64,000 bases of DNA from Paraphysomonas bandaiensis (Eukaryota; Protista; Chrysophyceae), in contig CBFFRP010000210.1 in the NCBI GenBank assembly GCA_965644295.1, positions 130,328-194,327 of the forward strand, written 5' to 3'. Below the pieces are notes generated by a model. The model did no database searches. It was not told the DNA's origin and worked only from the letters and a program-made list of their open reading frames with translations. Of the stretch, positions 60,801-64,000 are shown piece after piece. A program made the translations under genes and the position numbers. Positions within the stretch are counted from its first letter, which is position 1. Every line of letters begins with the position of its first letter.

Positions 60801-62411
60801 GACGCTTTGGAGAAGTACTCTTATGAGAACCTAGTACAATGCCAATCACTTGCTGACGAATTGCAATATCTGGTAGGCAGAAAGTATATTGATGACGATA
60901 ATTTCCAAAAATATGAGATTGCTTCAATACATTATGATGAAATGCATAAGTTAGTGGTTGGTCATAGGAGGCCTTTGTCAGGGAAATTGGATAGATATGA
61001 TACTCACCCATTCGCCGTATGTGGAAAATCTGGATTATGGGAGTTATCAGATCAATATTTATTAGATCATCCGGAAGAAGATCCGGAGATTAAGTGGCCT
61101 TCGAGTAGAGAGAGTATGTTTCAGATCCAAGAAAATGATACTCAACTTGGATTGATTATATCACAGTTATCAAATTTTGAAACTGGCCATGAGTTAGAAG
61201 TGGATGGTCATGTTTACAAGTTACATGAGAATGCAGATGAACCATCGCACAAGACACTATTGAGAAAACATGTTCAGAAAAACAAGGGATCAATAGATTG
61301 GCAAATTATGGTCCCTCAGGTGTTACGTTTTCAACTAATGAAGTATTTCCATGAAGGATATACGCATCCAGGAACACAACGAATGCTTGAAACTTTGAAA
61401 TTGAGATATTTTTGGCCGTCAATACGCAAGGATGTACAGAAACATGTGGAGGAATGTATACCTTGTAAATTACGTAAGACCTATCAAACGCGACCAAAGA
61501 TTCCAATAATGAAATACCCTGATGCAAAATTTCCTTTGTCACGAATACATATTGATTTAACAGGAAGATTGGTGAAAACCAAAAGTGGTTTCAGTTATAT
61601 TCTAGTGGTAAAGGATTTCCTTACTAAATTTGTTTGGCTTATGCCTCTTAAGAACAAGACGCCTTTGGAAGTGGCTAATGCTTTGATTACTCATGTGTTT
61701 TGTCCATTTGGGTTACCAGAATTACTGGTGAGTGATAAAGGCACAGAGTTTGTCAATAAACTGACCAAAGCAATATCCAAGTTATTCAAGTATAGAAGGA
61801 TTAACACTACTCCTTATACTCCAAGGAGCCAGGGTTTAGTTGAGAATCACAACAAGACGTTGAAGGATCAGTTGTACCATTTTGTAGGTGTATTACAGGA
61901 TGACTGGGATACATTTTTGCCTACAGTACAATTGATGTATAATACTACAGTGTCCTCGAGCACAAGTTTTACTCCATATTATATGATGTTCGGTAGAGAA
62001 TGCCGTTTACCATCTATAGAGTTTACATTGTCCTCGAAACTTTCCGAGCTTCGATTACAACCTGGAACTATTGAAGCTGAATGGATAGATAAATTGTTGA
62101 TTTCTTTGGAACAAGCTTGGAATTATGCAACGAAGAAGGCTCAAAAGAATCATCTTCGACATAATATAGTATCTAGGCGACCTCGAGAGTTCAAAGAATA
62201 TAATGCTGGTGACTTATTCTTCAGAATTCGACGTCCAATTAATGTGTTTAAATCGGCTGATGATGAGGAATTGTATAAAATCAATGCCAAATTACAAGCT
62301 AGATTTGAAGGACCTTATAAAGTTATTCGGCGACTAAGTCCAATACTTTATGATGCTGAAATTGAAGGAAAAGAGGTTCGAATAAATGCTACTAATATGA
62401 AGCCATTTTAG
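57831..62411 (+). CDS. Pol: RT, RNase H, SET domain, integrase (same frame as gag, after one UGA)
   Basis: Motifs FPLPRIDD, YLDD, LDAS, SDH, ADMLSR, SET motifs, H-x4-H..CIPC, integrase D,D,E (IHID/SDKG/VE) and GPY. Confidence 0.93.
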   Translation, partial: VDGKEVNRPPPEPPPVNIADTTSDCPRPESFPVELWNLVDLCQRNSVQPRFDKYTPDRLQECIELILTKLDIYKDDEAVSLQGEISIDADTIASHHNERDYFLAQALANIDVFCFPDPDNPPRIKDYKVSIETTDEVPVRARPRKYSLLQQAFLEAKTGMMLRQKKLQPSNSDWSHGLVLVPYHDRIQKFLDKWGDTAHLEIFKKVNWPEVATFFRMCSDVRSLNQKTKVDIFPLPRIDDLLDSIPVGTDRFSAGDIADAFFCVELDADSRFKTAFRTHNAHLQYTVMLQGWVNAPSHFSRVIAQTFEDMDRFQVSAYLDDVLNHTGGFRAHFLTQQSIYDRLRNRHLTFKIEKTHINYRELRFLGHILSRNGRCPDPKKVEAITNLADPEDVTAVRCFLGSTSFYRQYIPQYADVALPLYDLTKKNVNVKKLWRPEIHGHAMERLKEALRKAPVLRYIDNSKPFVIHLDASKTKRGIGGVLMQHDDAGQLHPVEYFSRKLTPAERNYSATDLECKALRDVILHWHIYLSSGRKFEVHSDHNCLKYMVHSVTATLNPRLLGYLMDLQSYRFALHYKKGVENVVADMLSRLWQIGDVPPATREELSDHLGPVVDNEDPDLIRSWGAAKRQLSKLKRQAVVEAQTIKKTHTCSSKFEVQICNCDALDLDLLSSLPDVKEGGVLGESSELENSAVRFKVAGSTLKRRKQLCIDVEQYSCQVENLLKELNITEVQETGESRMKFSNSGQNIQHATAHTNRTSFHPSRTNYMDNPDESEDMKLIRERRISGYNQCTILPSTKLRAGWGLFATKQICPNVEICDYVGPVVSEGVDQLSSNYGMQMIAGAHRKIVIDGWEPGSSLGRYANDGISKQLINAKLIWKKSKGVLMALREILPGDEIFFDYGKEFWSTRSDQLSPEDNQILNLDGSRRKTTVSFKDEFELIVYDQKRKVQEKLYSKIFKYSDEENSRIQELVEMEERNTRNFERTLRYLETDALEKYSYENLVQCQSLADELQYLVGRKYIDDDNFQKYEIASIHYDEMHKLVVGHRRPLSGKLDRYDTHPFAVCGKSGLWELSDQYLLDHPEEDPEIKWPSSRESMFQIQENDTQLGLIISQLSNFETGHELEVDGHVYKLHENADEPSHKTLLRKHVQKNKGSIDWQIMVPQVLRFQLMKYFHEGYTHPGTQRMLETLKLRYFWPSIRKDVQKHVEECIPCKLRKTYQTRPKIPIMKYPDAKFPLSRIHIDLTGRLVKTKSGFSYILVVKDFLTKFVWLMPLKNKTPLEVANALITHVFCPFGLPELLVSDKGTEFVNKLTKAISKLFKYRRINTTPYTPRSQGLVENHNKTLKDQLYHFVGVLQDDWDTFLPTVQLMYNTTVSSSTSFTPYYMMFGRECRLPSIEFTLSSKLSELRLQPGTIEAEWIDKLLISLEQAWNYATKKAQKNHLRHNIVSRRPREFKEYNAGDLFFRIRRPINVFKSADDEELYKINAKLQARFEGPYKVIRRLSPILYDAEIEGKEVRINATNMKPF
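60198..60545 (+). other. SET lysine-methyltransferase domain within Pol
   Basis: AGWGLFATKQI, ICDYVG, IDG, LGRYAND, NAK and ALREILPGDEIFFDYG occur in canonical order and spacing. Confidence 0.88.
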
Positions 62412-63686
62412 GTTCGCAGTGAACTTCGTTCCGCATACTGGCGTATGCGACTGCTGGAGGGGGTAGTGTAATAACCAGCTATCAGGTTATTCTATTCTAC
62501 AAGCTCTCTATTGTATATGCTTAAGTTTGTACATACTATCTGTGCAAACATAGATTGAATATTATTATTATTACCATAACTCACACTGAGATATATGATG
62601 TATTATGACTATGACAATTCATGCTTATTATTGATATTTACATAATCATTCAAAAGACAAAGAGAGACATGATTATCAATAATGAGACATAATGATGATA
62701 CTGATGATGGATGATATATATATATGTTCTTATTATATATATATATTGACTTTAAGGCTGGAGAAGTTTACTGGAGAATTCCGGGTTTGATATCCACGCT
62801 GATAGATGTGTATTGCCAGATTATCCAGTAATACAGTTATACATTACGTATTTCCTTCAGTGCTTATTGGGGATTGATTGTACTAAGGAGTACGAATACC
62901 AGGCTTCAACTACAAAGAGAATACTGAATGTATCTTCCCTTATACAGTTGTGATGAGTTATTATGATCAACTGTGTTAGACTGATGTGTTTGGTATTGAA
63001 TATGAATGATGTTCATTCCATTGATCACGGAATCGTAGGTAGACATATTTATATTATTGATAATAAGATGCAATTTCCTTACTCTTGAAATTGCTGGTAG
63101 ATAGCATTGTAGTTGTAGACATATATTTGTTCATTGTGATTTGATTATATTGTTATTATTATGGAGGAGGAGACTCTTGATAGCGCACAAGAGTCTACTA
63201 AATTCGAGTCAGTGAGAAGGACCCTCAGGCTTATGCTTGGAGGGTTAGACCCTTCCATTGCCAATGCCAGTGAGGATCAAATCCGGGATATAGGCTTGGC
63301 ATTTGGGTTGTCTGAGATCGAATCAGAGACGTTGGTGTCTCAAATACTATCGTCTGAGTCTATATCAACACAATAAGATAGTATTTCCGCAAAAACATGC
63401 GGAGACATTTGTTATTGGTTATATATACGTACGCTTTCCACAAAGAATCTCTCACATCTAAGTATGAGGTTAATATAACTGCACAAATGAAAAAAATACG
63501 GAAGGGGGGGGGTCGATTCTTACACCCCAAAACCCAAAGGGACTCTTTCCTTAATTATCTAGTTATAGTTGAATTGGAATAATTTGGGTATTATCTGCCA
63601 GAGAGCTATATGGCTCAATCACAGCGTTGAGGTCAAGAGGCAAAATGACGAGTCACTAGCAAATCAATTCTTTATTATTATATATA

Positions 63687-64000
63687 TTATCCTATGATAC
63701 ATGTTGTACACATATCTGAAGGCCCGGCAACACGAGCAGGGGTTCGTGTATTCGTAGCTATGGTGGAAGGAGCAGCTGGTCGTGTATTCGTAGCTATGGT
63801 GGAAGGAGCAGCTGGTCGTGTATTCGTAGCTATGGTGGAAGGGACAGCTGGTTGTGTATTCGTAGTTATGGGGGAAGGCATACTATCAACATATGAGGCG
63901 TCGGTGCAGTAGTGTCCTGCCCTGGATGCATCACATCTCGAAGCATCATGTGGTTTCTTCAACTCAGATTCTTCAGAGTCAGATCCTTCAGATTCAGGTT
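63687..64000 (-). CDS. 3' end of a paralogous 3CxxC zinc-finger gene with a 33-bp tandem-repeat tail
   Basis: KPHDASRCDA shared with 50841..51128. PAAPSTIATNT repeats at about 63735-63870. The flank 63515-63650 resembles 50550-50665. Confidence 0.65.
   Translation of the reverse strand, partial: PESEGSDSEESELKKPHDASRCDASRAGHYCTDASYVDSMPSPITTNTQPAVPSTIATNTRPAAPSTIATNTRPAAPSTIATNTRTPARVAGPSDMCTTCIIG

Larger units (their letters stand above)
53066..63342 (+). mobile_element. Intact Ty3/gypsy LTR retrotransposon encoding a SET domain
   Basis: 876-bp TG...CA LTRs at 53066-53941 and 62467-63342, identical by eye. TSD AATA at 53062-53065 and 63343-63346. PPT ggagggggtag at 62456-62466. Two long open ORFs. 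Confidence 0.96.

Noticed and set aside
63161-63376. Independent 71-aa gene
   Set aside because: It is the copy of the gag start inside the 3' LTR running into the flank.

Overview
AT-rich eukaryotic DNA with GT-AG introns and microsatellites; a stramenopile-type protist is my inference from the retroelement motifs. About half the window is LTR retrotransposons, interspersed with roughly ten host genes or pseudogenes and hAT-type non-autonomous DNA elements. The main find is an apparently intact, very young Ty3/gypsy element at 53066-63342 (876-bp LTRs identical by eye, 4-bp TSD AATA). Its Pol carries an in-frame SET lysine-methyltransferase domain between RNase H and integrase. It also has gag-pro and pol in one frame split by a single UGA followed by strong RNA structure, a gag start codon inside the LTR, and no tRNA PBS but an LTR-complementary, possibly self-priming sequence. 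A Copia element at 27430-31921 has non-canonical CG...CG LTR ends and a PBS-position sequence complementary to its own LTR. A nested retroelement cluster spans about 16.9-33.4 kb. Host genes include an NDUFB10-like subunit, an EF-hand two-pore K+ channel, an F-box/ankyrin repeat pseudogene, a FAR-17a/AIG1-like protein, a large secreted orphan, a GBP-like GTPase and 3CxxC zinc-finger genes. All calls are by eye; no database searches or folding were run.
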